From: Takakia lepidozioides
Taxonomy: Eukaryota; Plantae; Bryophyta
DNA length: 64,000 bases
Direction: 5' to 3'
NCBI GenBank assembly: GCA_030704615.1
Contig: CM060732.1
Span: 79,980,001-80,044,000 of the forward strand
Shown in pieces: positions 49,140-63,588 of the stretch. Numbering within the stretch: position 1 is the stretch's first letter; each line of letters opens with the position of its first letter. Position numbers and translations under genes: made by a program. A model generated the notes under the pieces. It did no database searches, was not told the DNA's origin, and was given only the letters and a program-made list of their open reading frames with translations.

Positions 49140-50305
49140 GTGAAAAAAACCATTCGGTGTGAGACCATCCACTGGCTGTTTTCACAGCTTCAGCAAGTTT
49201 GGAGGCCACGTGTTCTTTTGCAAACACCGCCACGTGGATCCTAAACGTACAAAGGGTGTGGACTTGTCCACACCTACGGAAAAATGATGCGACACCCTGT
49301 CACCTGGGCTCGACGACATGTGGGCAACGGTACGGGCAACACGTGTATTTTGGAGAGGACGGCACGTGGCGTAATCTGCATGGAGTGGGTGTGTAGTATT
49401 TTACTGCCTATACTGTAGGTCATTCCACATAGCTGTGGAGCATACCATAGTGGGTGTGAAATATTCTACTGCTGATGTTGTAGGTCATTCCACAAAAATG
49501 TGAAGGATGCCACAGGCAAGCTGCGGTTGATTTCACATATTTGTGACGTCATGGTGTGCACAATTAATCCACAGGCATTATGATCATATCACAAATCGTG
49601 ATACTGTCCACACTGTCAGTTTCACAGTCCATGTGAAATATGACTCATATACATAAACACATTTCCAAAGCACCACGGCAACAACCTGCTCATGACATGT
49701 ACAATTGACTAAGCATGGCCAGAACAACAGAAAAAATGACCAGATGCAAGGGTGCTTCAAAGTTGGGTACGCCCTTCATTGCCCAAATACAGTTTAGTCT
49801 GAACATGCAAGTATTGCAGAGTCTACACTGCTGATCACAACCCCACAATGTACCCAAATCCTACATTGATGCGCAAAATCACGAAGAAAAGGTGAAATCG
49901 ATATGAAGTGGCGTTCAGTCAAAATTGCCTTCAAACTGAGGATCCCCCACAACCTCATGTTCGGGTCAGTTTGAGGAACTTGGCAGACCACAGGGCCGTG
50001 CTGCCTATAGTGTCACTAAGCATCACAACGGGAGGCCTAACATCATTGTTGGGGTATGGTAGAGCAACATCTGCCCCATGTACTACTTCAACCGAGACAA
50101 CATGATAATCGGCATACATAAGCCTGCCAGTCAGTCGACATGCCCAATATATGGCCCACGTCTGCCTTCCGTTTGGGTGCATTGGGGTCAAACATTGTGA
50201 CCTTGTCACCAACCTGAAACTGGAACAGCCAACATCACCAATGTGTGCCCTTGTCATTTGTTATGCACATGAAACAATTATGGACAGGGAAAACGCGAGA
50301 TGTCA

Positions 50306-53300
50306 TCATATATATAGTCCTGCAAACAAAATACGGATGTACTTCCACGAAGGGAAACTTACAACAGGAGCCGGCGCTTTGAAACTTCCCATACGGCTCC
50401 CATCAACGTTGCTGGCAGCAAGTCTTGCGGACTTCTTGGTCATCTTCATCGCAACAATTTCCTTTGGTGGCTTCTGAATCAATAGAAACCCACACATGTA
50501 CACAGAATTCATGAACGGCCTGCAGGTATTGCATAATCGACTTGGAACAGCACAAGAATATAGGAACACGAGTACTTACCTTCCGAACAACGGCCAATTT
50601 TGTTGTTGAATCAATGTTCTTCCCTGCCCCAACAATAACCACTCATGTGCCCTTAGCCCCTGCCCCTATGTCTTGGGCAGTCTGTCTAAGTTCACTGCCG
50701 GTGTGATCCTCCACTACAGGCACTCCCTTCTCAATAAGGGGGGATAGGTCATCATTGGCACCATAATTAAGGCAAGGATCGTCACATGCCATGTTCTAAA
50801 CTTTGTCCTCACCTGTGGCATCTTCTTCCACAATACTGCCCCCTTTCCTTTGTCCACTGCCTCCACTGCTAGGAGGCTGCTCACCTGTACTTGTCATTTC
50901 CACAGTAGCCGCAGGTGGGACAATACCATGAACAGGGGGCGACAACTCACACACAATGTTTGATGCTGATGGAGATTCATCCCTCGGCAGGTCCAAACCG
51001 AGCTTCGCTGCCAATGCCATGTTGAACTTCTCTGTCTTAGATACTGCAGCAGCAAACATGGATTTCACTACCTGCAATTCCAATTTGTGCTCCATTGAGC
51101 TGGCCTCCATTGTATGTTTCCATCCTTCCAAGCCATGAAGCCGAGAATGCTCCAAGGCCCTGCCACAAATAGAGTGGAAATACGATTCAATACATCGATC
51201 GCACTAGCCATGCGAGGTAATTTATTGGCATATGTACAAGAAGGCAAAACCATAAATAATTGACAAGCACATCATTGCAACAAATGCAGGTGGGTTAGTT
51301 AGTTACAGAACGGGTGGCCCCTGCTGAATCAGAACCATACCCCTTGTTGCTATTCTTGCTCCCCGAAATTTCGGATAGAAGTGGAGGTCGACCACTTGTC
51401 TTAGCCTACACATGGACAGGATATGGGAATATTAGTGCCATCCTCTAAGAGTAAGATACAAATGACAAGACACCTCGCTACCTGAATATATTGGCAATGT
51501 CATGAGACAGGCAGATTTACCAAACATTCATCAACGCCACTAAGGCCACTGCGTCCAGATCTCGAAGGGGCACCAACATGCCCCCGTGCATGCTTGCCAT
51601 TATCACGACTCTTTTGCCATTCGGGCGTGTTCCAATGCCTCACTAATTCTGCCCAAGTCTTGTCCGCAACATAGTGGGGCTTAGGTTTGCCACGGGAGTA
51701 CACTTTTCTAAACAGTTTGATGCGCTGGTATTTAATGACGCCTCCAATCTCAGTTCGAAGTTGGGCGCCAATTATCCCAGGAGGTAAATATTCCCAATCA
51801 TCTGCTAATAGTTCACCCACCTCGTCAATCAGACTTTGAGGTTGAAGATGGATGGGCACAGAACAGTCCAGCACACGTTGGCATTGCCCTCGCAGGGCTG
51901 CCAGCCAGTCATCCTTTTTGCCACAGGCAACTATGAATCTCTTTTGCCCAGCAGCCACATTTGCACAAGCCGTTTCCTTCAAGTCATTCCGTGCTACTCT
52001 CCTTGCCTTGCGCAAAAAATTGGCTCTGTCCTTGCCAGTCAAATGTTACGCATCTGGAGTCATATTGGAATCACGGGCCTCCTCTCCTCCCTCACAACCT
52101 GCAACATGGGGCCCTGCGGGCGGACATGAACCCTGCCACGCACCAACGTGGGGTGTGGGGTGGACAGGAACATAACCTGTGCTCGGAGCTGGTGAGCTTG
52201 GGAATTGAAGAGGCCGCGAAGCGGTGCAATTGGGTGAAGCGGTGGGCTGCCTGGAATAAGGGCCATGCAGCGGCGCACTATACATGGGGCTTCTGGGATA
52301 CGTTGCCTGGGGAGGATACGCAGGTGGGGGAGGGTTGGGGTGAGGGTACCACACACCTTCGTGGTAGTGCCCATGCTGAACAGGAGCATGTTGTGCTTCC
52401 CCAGTTTGCGGAAATGCCCCCACACGGAACTGCAGGACTACTTGGACCTGCACATGATCGGTTCTCCCCTGACGGGCTGTTTGCATTGTAGGACTGAGAA
52501 AAGGGCGGGTGAATTTCAGGGGCGGCTGGAACATGAGCAGTCTGTTGTTGATATTGTGCATACCTCTGAATGCCAGGGGGATAAAACACACCAGTGTTAG
52601 GTGGAAAAGAGGGAGGGCCTCTTCCATCCGGGGTTGGTTGAAGACGTGGGGAGGGATGGTTGAAGACACCTGCCGGAGCAACTCCCTTCTTCTTTCTCAC
52701 TGCATCCTGCAAATCAACATGTGGGAAAGAGTTATGTAGGAAGATAAAGCATGAACATCATGTAGGATACATCAACAAAAAACGCGCTCTATAATATACA
52801 TACACTGAATGCAGCAGAAATCGCACCCAAAATGCATTTACGTCTGATCCATTGAACACGCCAAACGTCACTGGGGAAGTCCTCCTTGTATGTTTCGACC
52901 CTCTTTGGGGGTTCTTTGGGGAATCCCTTCTAGGCACAATCTGGCCCCGATGACCATTGTACATATCAATGAGAGTACAATATGATAATGGCTGATAATG
53001 GCTTCACATATTATCAACATATGACAATAGAGGGGGCAAGAAGATGGGGGAGGAAGAGTCGTGAGCGCCCCCTCTCGGACATGGCTGGCTGATGAGGCGG
53101 TTAGCATCGTGCTCCTGGGGGTTCCTCCTCTCCCACTACAATTTCTTTCTTGTCTAGACATGACACCACAATATGCAGCCCCCTACCTGTCCAGGTCCCT
53201 CCCTCCCACAACCCCCTTTGCAATTTTTGGGTATTAAGACAGGCCATCACAAGTTTGAACCTCCTGTGAGGGAGTCAGCAATCTGTAGAGTTGCATTGCA

Positions 53301-55871
53301 TGCATTGCGGGCAAATACGTATACTTCATTAGGCGGAGGGCCAAATGCGTCGAGGACAGGATGACAACAACACAGTGCACTCACAGGCAATGAAAAAAGT
53401 AAGGAAGGAAGAACTTATAAGGGTTTAGGACAGACGCTAATTAGGCCCAATTGGTACCTCGCAATGTACAGGAGTGGCCCCCAATGGCTTTTGGGACCAA
53501 AGGGGAAAAAAAAAAAAAAACATGAGCCAAAACCATAACCATAAGCAGCCCAAAATGAGGTAAATGGACTGGTGCCTTATAATGACTTTGAAATGCATAA
53601 AGACCTTACGAGACCAAACCCTAAACTACGAAGCAGATACATTAAAATCAGGGCCATTACCATCTCAATTACTGAATGAGACCAAAAGGAAAAAAACAAT
53701 ATTTCTGTTTCCTGGGGATCTTTGAGAACAGATTGGGCTGAAAGCGGGAAACTTTACATTAACTAAGACAGAGTGGGCCTTCTAATGTCTGTGAAAAGCT
53801 CAAAGAACTTATGCACCAAAAAAGAAAAAACCATAACGAAATTGGCACTTCAGCCACTGTGAAAAGCACAAAGAGTTTGTGAGACGAAAAAGAAAGCCAC
53901 AAGCAAAAGGAGACAGCCTCCGCCATTATTGGTCGCCATTAAGAAAAAAACACAAGCAAGAAGAGACAAAGCCAGTAGCCATGAGCAGCCCATAGGCTCG
54001 GCGATGAAGGAAGATGTGCATAAGATTGAAATCCTGCCTTCACAAAAGCTGCCAAGCATGAATGACCTCGTAGTATAGAGAACAGTAAAATTAATGTGGA
54101 TGGTAACCAATGGGGAAACTCTGAAGATGAGAGTAAAGCAGCAAACAAAACGTGATATGAAATGAAACGGTCCTTCAAAATCATTGTGAAGAGCTCAAAA
54201 GTTTATGAGACCAAAGGAAACCCACAAGCAAGAAGAGACAAAACCACAGCCATAAACAGCCCATAAGCATCTACTGTCTTGCATCCAAACACACACGCAT
54301 GAGCAGCCCAAAGGTAACCCTCCTGGACATAAGCTCCCAAGCATTTCTCATGGCACAAAATGGAAAAAGGTATAGAAGACTTTTATAACAGATTTGGGTT
54401 CCAAGGAATAGACAGTAGAATCTCCCTTGTATCATGAGGTATAGAGGGCAAGAAAGTGGTGCTTCATACTGCTAGTGGAAAATGGAAACAACTGTTGGGA
54501 CCAAAAGGAAAAACAAATAAAAAGACGCAAATCCAGAGGCATGAGCAGCCCCAAAATATCGGGGAATGACGGGATTCCCCAAGGGTCCACTCCAAATGCA
54601 CGTAAGCTGCCAAGCATTTCTGATGAGACCAAAGTGTACAAAAAATGAAAATAGGAGCCAAACCACATGCATGAGCACACCAAAAGCAACTACTGCAAAG
54701 GCAACGGCCAAAGGATCAAAGCTCCCAAGCATACAAGCATTGCTGGACTTTAAAATAGAATACGTCACTGACAAATTGGGTTCCAAGTAGTAGACAGATC
54801 AATGTCCCGTGCAACTGGTGAAGTCCTTTCATTCCCCCCACTCATGTGCACCCATTTGAAAATAGAGGGGAGCACATTGCAAAAGCCCATTGCTTGCCAT
54901 TGCAACTTCTTTACTTGGAAGATGTGACCCTTATCCCAACCGTGCTCGGGGCATTCTCATATCAAGCACATGAACCCTGCCAAAAACCTAAAAAAATCAC
55001 AAAGCAAATGCCCACTTACCTCTCGTGGAAGAGGAGCTGGCCGTTTGGGTGCCCTCTGAGCATGCGTTGCATTGGGAGGCTCGGTCAGTCCACATGCACC
55101 ACTGATGTAGTTCTCCAAATCTGATGTAGTTGTCCACATCATCTCCATCCTCGTCCTCCTCTAGGTCCTCGTCCATTTCCTCCTCCGAATCGTCGTCATC
55201 ATCTATTTTGTAATCCTCATCGAGCTCCTGATCACACTCGTCGAGTTCCTCTACCTCAGAGCCCACCAGCTGGGGAGTCTCGGGCTCTTCCTCCGCCATC
55301 GAAGGTAATGCTAGTTCTTTCAAGCGCCCGCTTCGTCGAGGAGGCCCGTTCCACACAACTTTGGAGCTCCTAGTCGGCCGTTGTACACTCCTGGCTATGT
55401 TGCGCACACATTTCCAAAATCCTGTGAGAATCTTGCCCTAAACAAAAGGCGGTCGTGAAAGTGCCATCACCATCAAACCTATGGGGGGGAAAAGCAGTAG
55501 GCTAATGTGGTGGGAAACCCCTACTCACTAACTGTGTAGCATGCATACTAAGGACAAGGGTGATCTGCTCACCTGCGCGCAACGCTCCCAATGTTCAGCT
55601 GAGACAACGTCTCCTTGTTGGCTGCTATGCGCCTCTCTCGCTCTTCCTCGTAGGCAGTGTGTGGAGGGGTGTCGGGTGTAGAGGCCTTGGGTGCAGAGGG
55701 CTTGGGTGCGGGTGTGCGGGAAGCCAGTGCAGTCGGGTAGGGTCTTCTTGCGGAGGTGGTGGGGGCACGGGCACTATGCGCTTGGGGGGTCCTGCTGCTG
55801 CGTATCCGTGCCATGGCGGGTTCCTCCTCGTCGCTCAAATTGCAGTAATCGACCTCAAACAAGACTACCAT
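50306..55871 (-). CDS. CACTA TnpA/ORF2-like multi-exon gene (Transposase_24/Ptta-like)
   Basis: AYEEERERRIAANKETLSQLNI motif, acidic tract, Pro-rich exon, and WAELVRHWNTPEWQKSRDNGKHARGHVGAPSRSGRSG typical of the CACTA second ORF. Exon structure and intactness not fully resolved. Confidence 0.55.
53480..54800. repeat. Highly degenerate repeat array within a TnpA-like intron
   Basis: Recurring gagaccaaaaggaaa, catgagcagccc, aagctcccaagcat and aatttgggttccaag motifs. Confidence 0.6.
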
Positions 55872-56039
55872 GATCTACTGATCAAACAATAGAAGGAGCG
55901 CATGTAGGAAACAGAGGGGAGGTGGACCCGCCATACGAATACTCCAACGCCTGCAAGCCAGGCGTAGGTTCCCCACATCCAAGCACTCGCTGACTTCCCA
56001 CTTCAAAAACTACTCAAACCCAGAAGCGTTTCGTCATAA

Positions 56040-59000
56040 ATGAGAGAGGTCGGAACTAGAAACACTCGGCGCCGCAGTATGGTGCCCGATACTTACGTAA
56101 GACTTTGGCAAATCGAGGAACGACGTGCAACTAGACTGGGTCTTTCAAAGATAATGTGTCCCTGCAATGACTGCCATGGGGGTCGACTCCAATTCGTGGA
56201 AACTGCCAGATTGCATTTGCTTGCCAACGACCGGGATCCACTGAGAAGTGACGTGCATCTCTCGCCTCACTTCTCGCAGACATAACTTAGGATGAAGCCC
56301 TTAGAATGCTAATGTTGAACGGCCCTCTACTGTACATGTACGGTGGACTACTGTATGGAAACTAGCACGGTCAAATAGGAGATTCCCTGTTTTATGCAAC
56401 AAGTTACATTTTGGACAAGACTATACTCTTATACTTTGGAGGTGAACATGCAGGTGGAGAGTGTTGACTCCGAAGACGAAGACTTTGTGGAAGATCGTAG
56501 CCCCCCTGAGGATGATGTTCCGAGACAGATTAGCCCTGTTCCTGTTCGTGGTGGAGAGAATCTAGACCCCGACGTCGACATCATTCGCATGTTGTAGGAA
56601 ACGTTTGCAGTTGCAGATAATGTACAAAGCACCATTAATGAGGATGAAGGGCTTGGAGAAGACGAGCGCCATCATGATGGACAAAGTCATGGGGATGGGG
56701 ATGACGGTCCTGCTTTCCAATTTCAGCATCAAGCAACCACACCTCTGTATGTTGGCTGCCCCACCAGCTGCTTGAGTGCGACGTTGCTCTTGCTCAATGT
56801 TAGTGCTACTCATGGTGTCACAAACGCAGCGATGGATGAGCTTCTGAAACTTTTGCACGGACATCTATTGCCTAAAGGGAACTTTTTGCCCAAATCTCAT
56901 TACGAAGCGAAGAAACTTATAACAAAAGTTGGGCTTAATTACGATAGCATCCATGCTTGTGAGAAGGGATGTGTGCTATATAGGGGAGATCTGCAGGATG
57001 CACCATCTTGCCCTAAATGTGGGGCGCCTCGGTACATCCCTGGCATGAAGACGTTGGTTCCACAAAAGGTCTTGCGGCATTTCCCCTTGATTCCCCGGCT
57101 GCAGCGCATGTACAAGTGCAAGGAGATATCTAAGCTTATGGTGTGGCACACGGGGAACCAAAGTCAAGATGGGAAGATGAGACACCCGCCTGACAGCCTT
57201 GCATGGAAATACATTGACGATACATGGCCTGCTTTTGCAGCTGAACCTCGCAACTTGCGACTAGGTCTGGCATGGGATGGTATCAATCCCTTTGGTGATA
57301 AATCAACAAAATGGTCTACGTGGCCTGTCTTGCTCATGAACTACAACCTTCCTCCTTGGCTGAGCACAAAGCCTTTTTTTATGATGTTGACACTCTTAAT
57401 TCCAGGGCCGACATCCGTGAAGAAGACCAATGCGGATGTGTTCTTGCAACCTCTGGTGGATGAGCTGACCGTGTTGTGGGAAGGTGTTAGGGCTAATGAT
57501 GCATCTCGCAATGAAGGATCAAGGACCTTTGTCATGAGAGCCATTCTGATGTGGTCAATACATGACTATCCTGCATATGCCATGCTAGCAGGGTGTGCAG
57601 TTGGGGGCTACAAGGCTTGTCCCGTGTGCGGGCCCAATCTTGATGCCAAGCACTCCAGTGCACTGAGCAAAATGGTGTACCAGGGGCACAATTTTTTTTT
57701 ACCAACAGGCCATCCATATAGACGCAATCGCAACCACTTCAATGGAGCCTCCGATCACAGACCACCCCCCCCCCTCCCCCCAAGTATCCACTGTGGATCA
57801 GCTCCAAAATGCGGAGGAAAACGAGAGGTTCATGGAAACATTCGGCAGACGTCCCCGGAATGTGTGCCCTGCCAAATCCCATGGCATGAAGCGAAGGTCG
57901 ATCCTTTGGAACCTGCCATATTGGAAGGTGGGTATGTCTTCATTGTTTGTTTGTCGGCAGGGCTGATTTCATAGTTGCATGGATACAGTTGTAAGGATCA
58001 TCACACACGACTTAGATTTCAGCCTAATGCAAATTGCATGAAGCAAGTTTGGAGTCGCCTATGTATGGCACATGTAGCAGCAATATGGTTGTTTCCATGA
58101 AAATGTCTGGCTTTTGTCTCTCAGGATATTGTCTGCAGTATGCAAGACTGGTTTCTTCCTTTTCCCATTATTAAGATGTCATCTCTTGGCTTTACCATCA
58201 AAGTATACCATATTGATGGTGGTTCCATGATTGCAGGATTTGTTGATATGGTATACCCTTGATGTTATGCACTGTGAAAAAAACATTTCTGAAAACATAT
58301 TGCGCACCATATTGGGGGAAAAGGACACAGTAAAGAGCAGGAAGGACATGGAGAATGAGGGCATACAACCTCGCTTATGGTTAAAACCCCACCCCGGAGA
58401 TGGCAGGAAGTTGGTGAAGCCACAGGCTCCTTATGTGTTGAATCGACAAGAAACTACTACCTTCTATGCAACTTTGGGTGCTCTAAAGACACCGACAGGG
58501 TATGGTGCTTCATTTAAGAAGCATATTGCTAAGAACAAGCTTTCACACATGAAGAGTCATGCCATCTACTGATGCAACAAGTTCTACCTTTGTGCATTCG
58601 AGGTTTGCTAGGCAAAGGTCCAAGGCTCGCAATCATGAAGCTATCTCGTGTATTTCGCGCATTGTGCATGAAAACAGTGGATCCCGAGGAACTACCAGCC
58701 CTGAAGGAGGATGTGGTTGTAACGCTTTGTTTGTTGGAGAAAGAGTTTCCCCCCTCATTCTTCGATCTCATGACCCACCTTGTGCTACACCTTGTGGATG
58801 AATTGGAGGTTTGTGGTCCTGTTAGTTCACGTTGGATGTACCCCATCGAGAGGTACATGAAAAATTTGAAGGGATATGTGAAGAGCTATGCCCGGCCAGA
58901 AGGTTGCATGGCCAGCAGGTATTCTCTTGATGAGGCTCTTGGCCTCCTCACAGAGTACATGGCTGCATTTCCAGGAACTCGTAGAAGGGTCTGGGATTCC

Positions 59001-60201
59001 AACGAAGAAGAAAGTGTTGTGGGAGAAGTATTAGAGGGCGAAGGAACTCCAAGGAAACTGTCGGCTGAGCTTCGAGCCAGTGCACACGACTATGTGCTTC
59101 ACAACACGGCATGCATGAGACCGTTTCTGAGGTAAGTATACATCATTTATTTAGCTTCACATGCTAACTCTGGGGTATTTTTCCGGATACAAAATTCGCG
59201 CATTCTCAATTTTCACTCAGCCTCTTTGTACATATTATGGTTCTGACTAAGTGTGAATTGAGTATGACCAGACTTTATGATATTGAGAAGCTACCATAGA
59301 ATCAGCCAGAGCCGAATTTCGAGCCACATACAGCACCCAAGGGAGAAATGCACACCAACGCACCGTTCCATACAACGAAAACATGTTGCCTTTGCCTGCT
59401 TTTCATATGTGGATACAGTCGGCAGTACAAAATGTTGTTTCAAGAGGAGCAGCGTATGATGCAAATATTCGTCATCTGTGTAAGCCACCAGGGTTTGTTG
59501 CTCGTTCATTTCGCTCTATGTGGGCATACGGAAATCACTACAGAGTGGTGGAAACAGGTGTGGTTGATTACCATGTCACATTCGACTCTGGGGTTGCACA
59601 GATTTTTGCCGAAGAGTCAACGGGAAGGGGTGTGGATGGTAACCCTGTCATGAACCAGCTGCAATATGTTGGTGTTGTTCGTGAAATTTTACAGCTTCAG
59701 TATGGTGCTGTCACTCCTGTAGTATTCATATGTGAATAGGTCAGAGCAAGCTTGACAGGTCGCAACCGCACCATGAAGAAGGATGAGTATGGTTTCCTAC
59801 TCATGGACTTCGATCGCATGCTGCCACCGGGAGATGAACCATTCACATTTCCATGGCAAGTCGAGCAAGTTTTTTTTGCAGATGAGCCCTCCAACGCTGG
59901 TAACTGGAAAGTAGTACTTCAGAAGGAGCCGCGCTCACGGCGCGTGGTACATGATGTCACTGGTGCCAGCTTGGGTGAGAATGAGTCATGCGTAAGGATG
60001 CAAGTGGCGGAGGCATTGGAGGATGTGAATCCCAATATAGAATTTGGACCTTCAACGACCCTTACCGAAGTTGAGATGGCTACTATTGCTATGATGGGGC
60101 CCCCACGAAGGGACGAACCATGGCACCGAGATAGTGAGGATTGCAACACTGACCATGAGTGTAGTGAAAATAGTAGCGATGAAGATGACTACATCTGGTA
60201 A
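56040..60201 (+). pseudogene. CACTA TnpD transposase (Transposase_21 + DUF4218 + DUF4216), disrupted
   Basis: CPCNDC; IHACEKGCVLY; LRHFPLIPRLQRMY; MRHPPDSLAWK; RNLRLGLAWDGINPF; YNLPPW; HDYPAY; LDVMHCEKN; FFDLMTHLVLHL; WMYPIERYMK; DEPFTFPWQVEQVFF. Stop at 56595, frameshifts at the poly-C run (~57770) and ~58565, stop at 59737. Confidence 0.93.
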
Positions 60202-63194
60202 AAGGACAATAGCGTCATGTTGACATTTAAACTGACACACTGAGTGACATTTTGAGTTCCAAATCACAGGACACCCTGTGCTTCAGCCACTGGCCTGGTA
60301 AAAGGACAATAGCATTATATGACATTTTGAGTGGCACACTGAGGGGTATTTTGAGTCCCAAATCACAGGACATCCTGTGCTGCAGCATCCACTTGTTGCG
60401 GTTATTTTCCCTGTGAATGTAGCAGCGAGGAAGATGATTCCTGGTAAAAGGGCAATAGAGTCATGTTGCTTCAGTTGTTACTCCACCTCTCTACTATCTC
60501 CCCCCCTTCCCACATCCATGCCTTACTTACTCTCTAGCTACGAACTGAATTCTGATGCCCCTGCTCCTCCCTCCTCCTCTCTATTACTCACGCTGAACAA
60601 TCAATTGTACAAAATGCTTGCCAAATCACAGGACACCATGTGCTTCAGCCAGCGGCCAACTCCCCCACTCCACTTGTTCTTTTTCCTAAAGCATGCTTTA
60701 TATTTTCCCTGTGTTCAGATTGTGGGGGTTGGGTGCAATGTGTTGGGGATGTACTTCTTTATGATGTTTGTTCTGGTTTGGTGCAGTCGGGGGACAATCT
60801 GCACAGCAAGTCACATGTTGGATCTAATGGGCATTGCAACTGTGGATGGTGATTCACATGTCTTCCCCACTAATAGGACCCCTCTGTTCATGCTTGGGAT
60901 TTGGCAAGTTCGTAAACCCCCACTTTTTTGACTGTGTGCTTGCAGGTCACATGTGCTACATGGGGCAGAGCCATTCAGTTGGCTACAGGTTCAATTACTC
61001 CGCACATGACAATATGTGGCCCTATTTATGATGGCTTTGACTTACTCATAGAGAGGGCTCGTGTGTTGGTTACTCTATTTTTGGCTTGTTTAAAAACCCT
61101 CACTGTGACAGGGATGAGGCTTCTATCATTGCTCAATTTTCCACTTGTGATGGTGGAGGAGAATGTTCATGAATCACAAGAAGGTCTGTGGCACCTCGGA
61201 ACCCATGAATTCAGAATCATGGAGATTTCAGATTCATATATAGCCAAAGTTGATCTTTTGCTTTGTGATTTCTCTCTGTTTCTCATGTTTGTGAGATTCG
61301 GTGCTTCATCCCTCTGCATGTACCACCCCGCTTTGTCATGATTGCGAGTTGGAATTGTAGAGATGACCTTTCTTTGAAAACATACATACTTTGTATGGGG
61401 GGCTTGAGGTGAGCAATCCAGAGACCATTATGTGTTACAGACACTAATTACCAGTCCACATTATGGGTGTATACTTTGCATGGATTTGCAACCCCCCACA
61501 TTATTTGGTCCTTCCGAAAATAAAACTCTTTCTTGCTAGAGCTGGAAGCTCATGGGCGCTATGCCTTCAACCATCCAGATGTGCTGTTATTTGTTCTGAA
61601 TGTGGACATCACCACATGTGCACTTGTAATTTTACCGCCCATTACCAAGTTATTGCACCACACATGAAACAAAAGTATTACAGATTCATAAGCAGTATGG
61701 ATGAAAGGTCTGAGAAGTAGATAACAAGAGGCAAGCTGAACGTCGTACATGGGACACTCAGTTTTTGACAGGAGAGGCCAGTTAAGTACCTAAACTTGAG
61801 GCAAAACCCAAAAGGATAATGTATGCAGGCTGAAATGTGGATAGTCTCTGCATTGCTACTGCTTCACCCCCAAACCATCATGGCCACAAGTACCAACGCT
61901 GAAAACTGAAGCAGAAACGTCATGCATGAGACGATTGCGAGAAGCTACAATGCATGAATCTACATTGCGGTGTATGTCAATGACACTGTGTATATCCTCG
62001 CTCACCTCGATCCATGATCACCATGACATCGTGCTCATCCGAGAGGGCATGGAAGGTCAGTCAATGTGTACCACAGGTAGTAATCGTGGAGCAACGGGTA
62101 CTTCTTGCCAACAGATCGGAGCCTCTTATTGCAATTTGCAAGACACCAAAAGTAGGCCACAGGCTCCTTCTTGTGGATGCCACTCTGACCCAACCAGTGG
62201 AGCACGACGATGATAGCTTTTTCTGCGCAGGCATTCTGCCTGGTACATGTTCTTGGGCTGCCTTCTGCTTTTTGACTTGAAGACCGAATGCGCGATTCTA
62301 AGCGCAACGGTGCTCCATGATTTCATCCAGTATTGGCTGGTTTCGCAGATGCTTCTGCTCGACTTCGCGGTAGTGAGAGGCCCGTTTCCACACCTGCGAT
62401 TGAGGAGGCATTCCTGCACACTTTGAAATGCTTTGCCGAGATAGAGAGTCCACTGGAGTGCAAAGCAAGCAGATGAAGGAAGCAGACGACATTCGGTAAT
62501 GCGCGGGAACCACCTTGTCTGCCAAAGTGGACAATGGACAAGTCGCACGTAGGGAAATCATGCCTGTGCCTTTTCCAGCACATTGGTGGTGACTTGGCAT
62601 TAGGGGCTGGTCTCACGGTGCATTTTCCACGCCGTATGGTCCATTCCACACTTCGTAATTATCATGCAGGAATTATGGTGTTGGTGAGATATGTAACTAG
62701 TTTTATTTTATTTTATTTTTATTTTTATTTTTATTTTATTTATAAATAAATGAAACAGGGAGGCCGTGGCATGGGACTTTTTATGGGGAAAAAAATAAAA
62801 CCCCCATGAACGCCATGAGAGTCACACACTGTAGTGCGACCATCTCTTTGTATTTCCGAGGCCAGATTTCGAAGTTCGTGATTTATTTCGTTTGCAGCGG
62901 AGTACTAACTAAACCCATACACCACAATCAGTGGAAATAATTGTATGTTCCCATTTCACACGCGTGTGTAACATGCCATGTAAACTAAGCCAACCCCTGC
63001 CACGCTCATGGCTGTTTTCACACCGTTCTTGCGTGGGGTATGGACCACATGTGAGACACCCCACAGTTAGGGCATATTTAGACCCACACCTTGGCTCAGT
63101 GTACAGACCCATGATAAAAGCCGTGGAATGTGCCAGGTGTGAGATGGCAGAGCCGTGGAAAAAGCCGGTTTCTCTTCTAGTGGTATGAGGTCAA

Positions 63195-63588
63195 AATACC
63201 GAAAGGACATAAATTTCTTGACTATATCGAACAGTATTGGAAGCCCAAAATAGCAATGTGGTGTACAGCAGCCTGCCATGTCCCTCATGCGAGCCAAGAC
63301 ACAAACGCAAGCATTGAGGCATACCATGGAAATCTGAAGGCAAGACTTGCCATGGGGAAATGCAAGATGAGTGGTCGTAGAGTGGACTGGCTTATATGGG
63401 AACTCACTGGCCGTGTGCTAACACACTACTAGTACGCAATCCATTTGAAGACCCATGGGTTCATAAGAAATGACAAACACGAAAAGTACATATCCAGTTC
63501 TATACTTGCGGCACGAGACATTCATGCTGAGAGTGTTACTCTTCCCTTGGGTCCTGGTGAACCAGCCTACGTTCTCAGCAGCAACCAC
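63195..63588 (+). pseudogene. MULE-related transposase-like gene, 3' part
   Basis: FLDYIEQYWKPKIAMWC...HASQDTNASIEAYHGNLK...RRVDWLIWEL...; contains one stop and is cut by the CACTA at 63589. Confidence 0.8.

Larger units (their letters stand above)
49132..63182 (+). mobile_element. CACTA (En/Spm) element, ~14 kb, left end degraded or uncertain
   Basis: Right end ...ccggtttctcttcTAGTG (63182). Shared subterminal motifs tggctgttttcaca (~49173 and ~63009) and ggtgtgaga. Contains TnpD (+) and a TnpA-like gene (-). No matching 3-bp TSD. Confidence 0.75.

Noticed and set aside
49132-49150. CACTATTGG as a clean left TIR
   Set aside because: Poor match to the right end (CACTAGAAGAGAAACC), overlaps the expected FTIG codons and splice donor, and has no TSD; kept only as an approximate boundary.
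61926-62650. Cluster of overlapping ORFs inside the CACTA 3' region
   Set aside because: No recognisable family; cannot distinguish captured sequence from chance ORFs.
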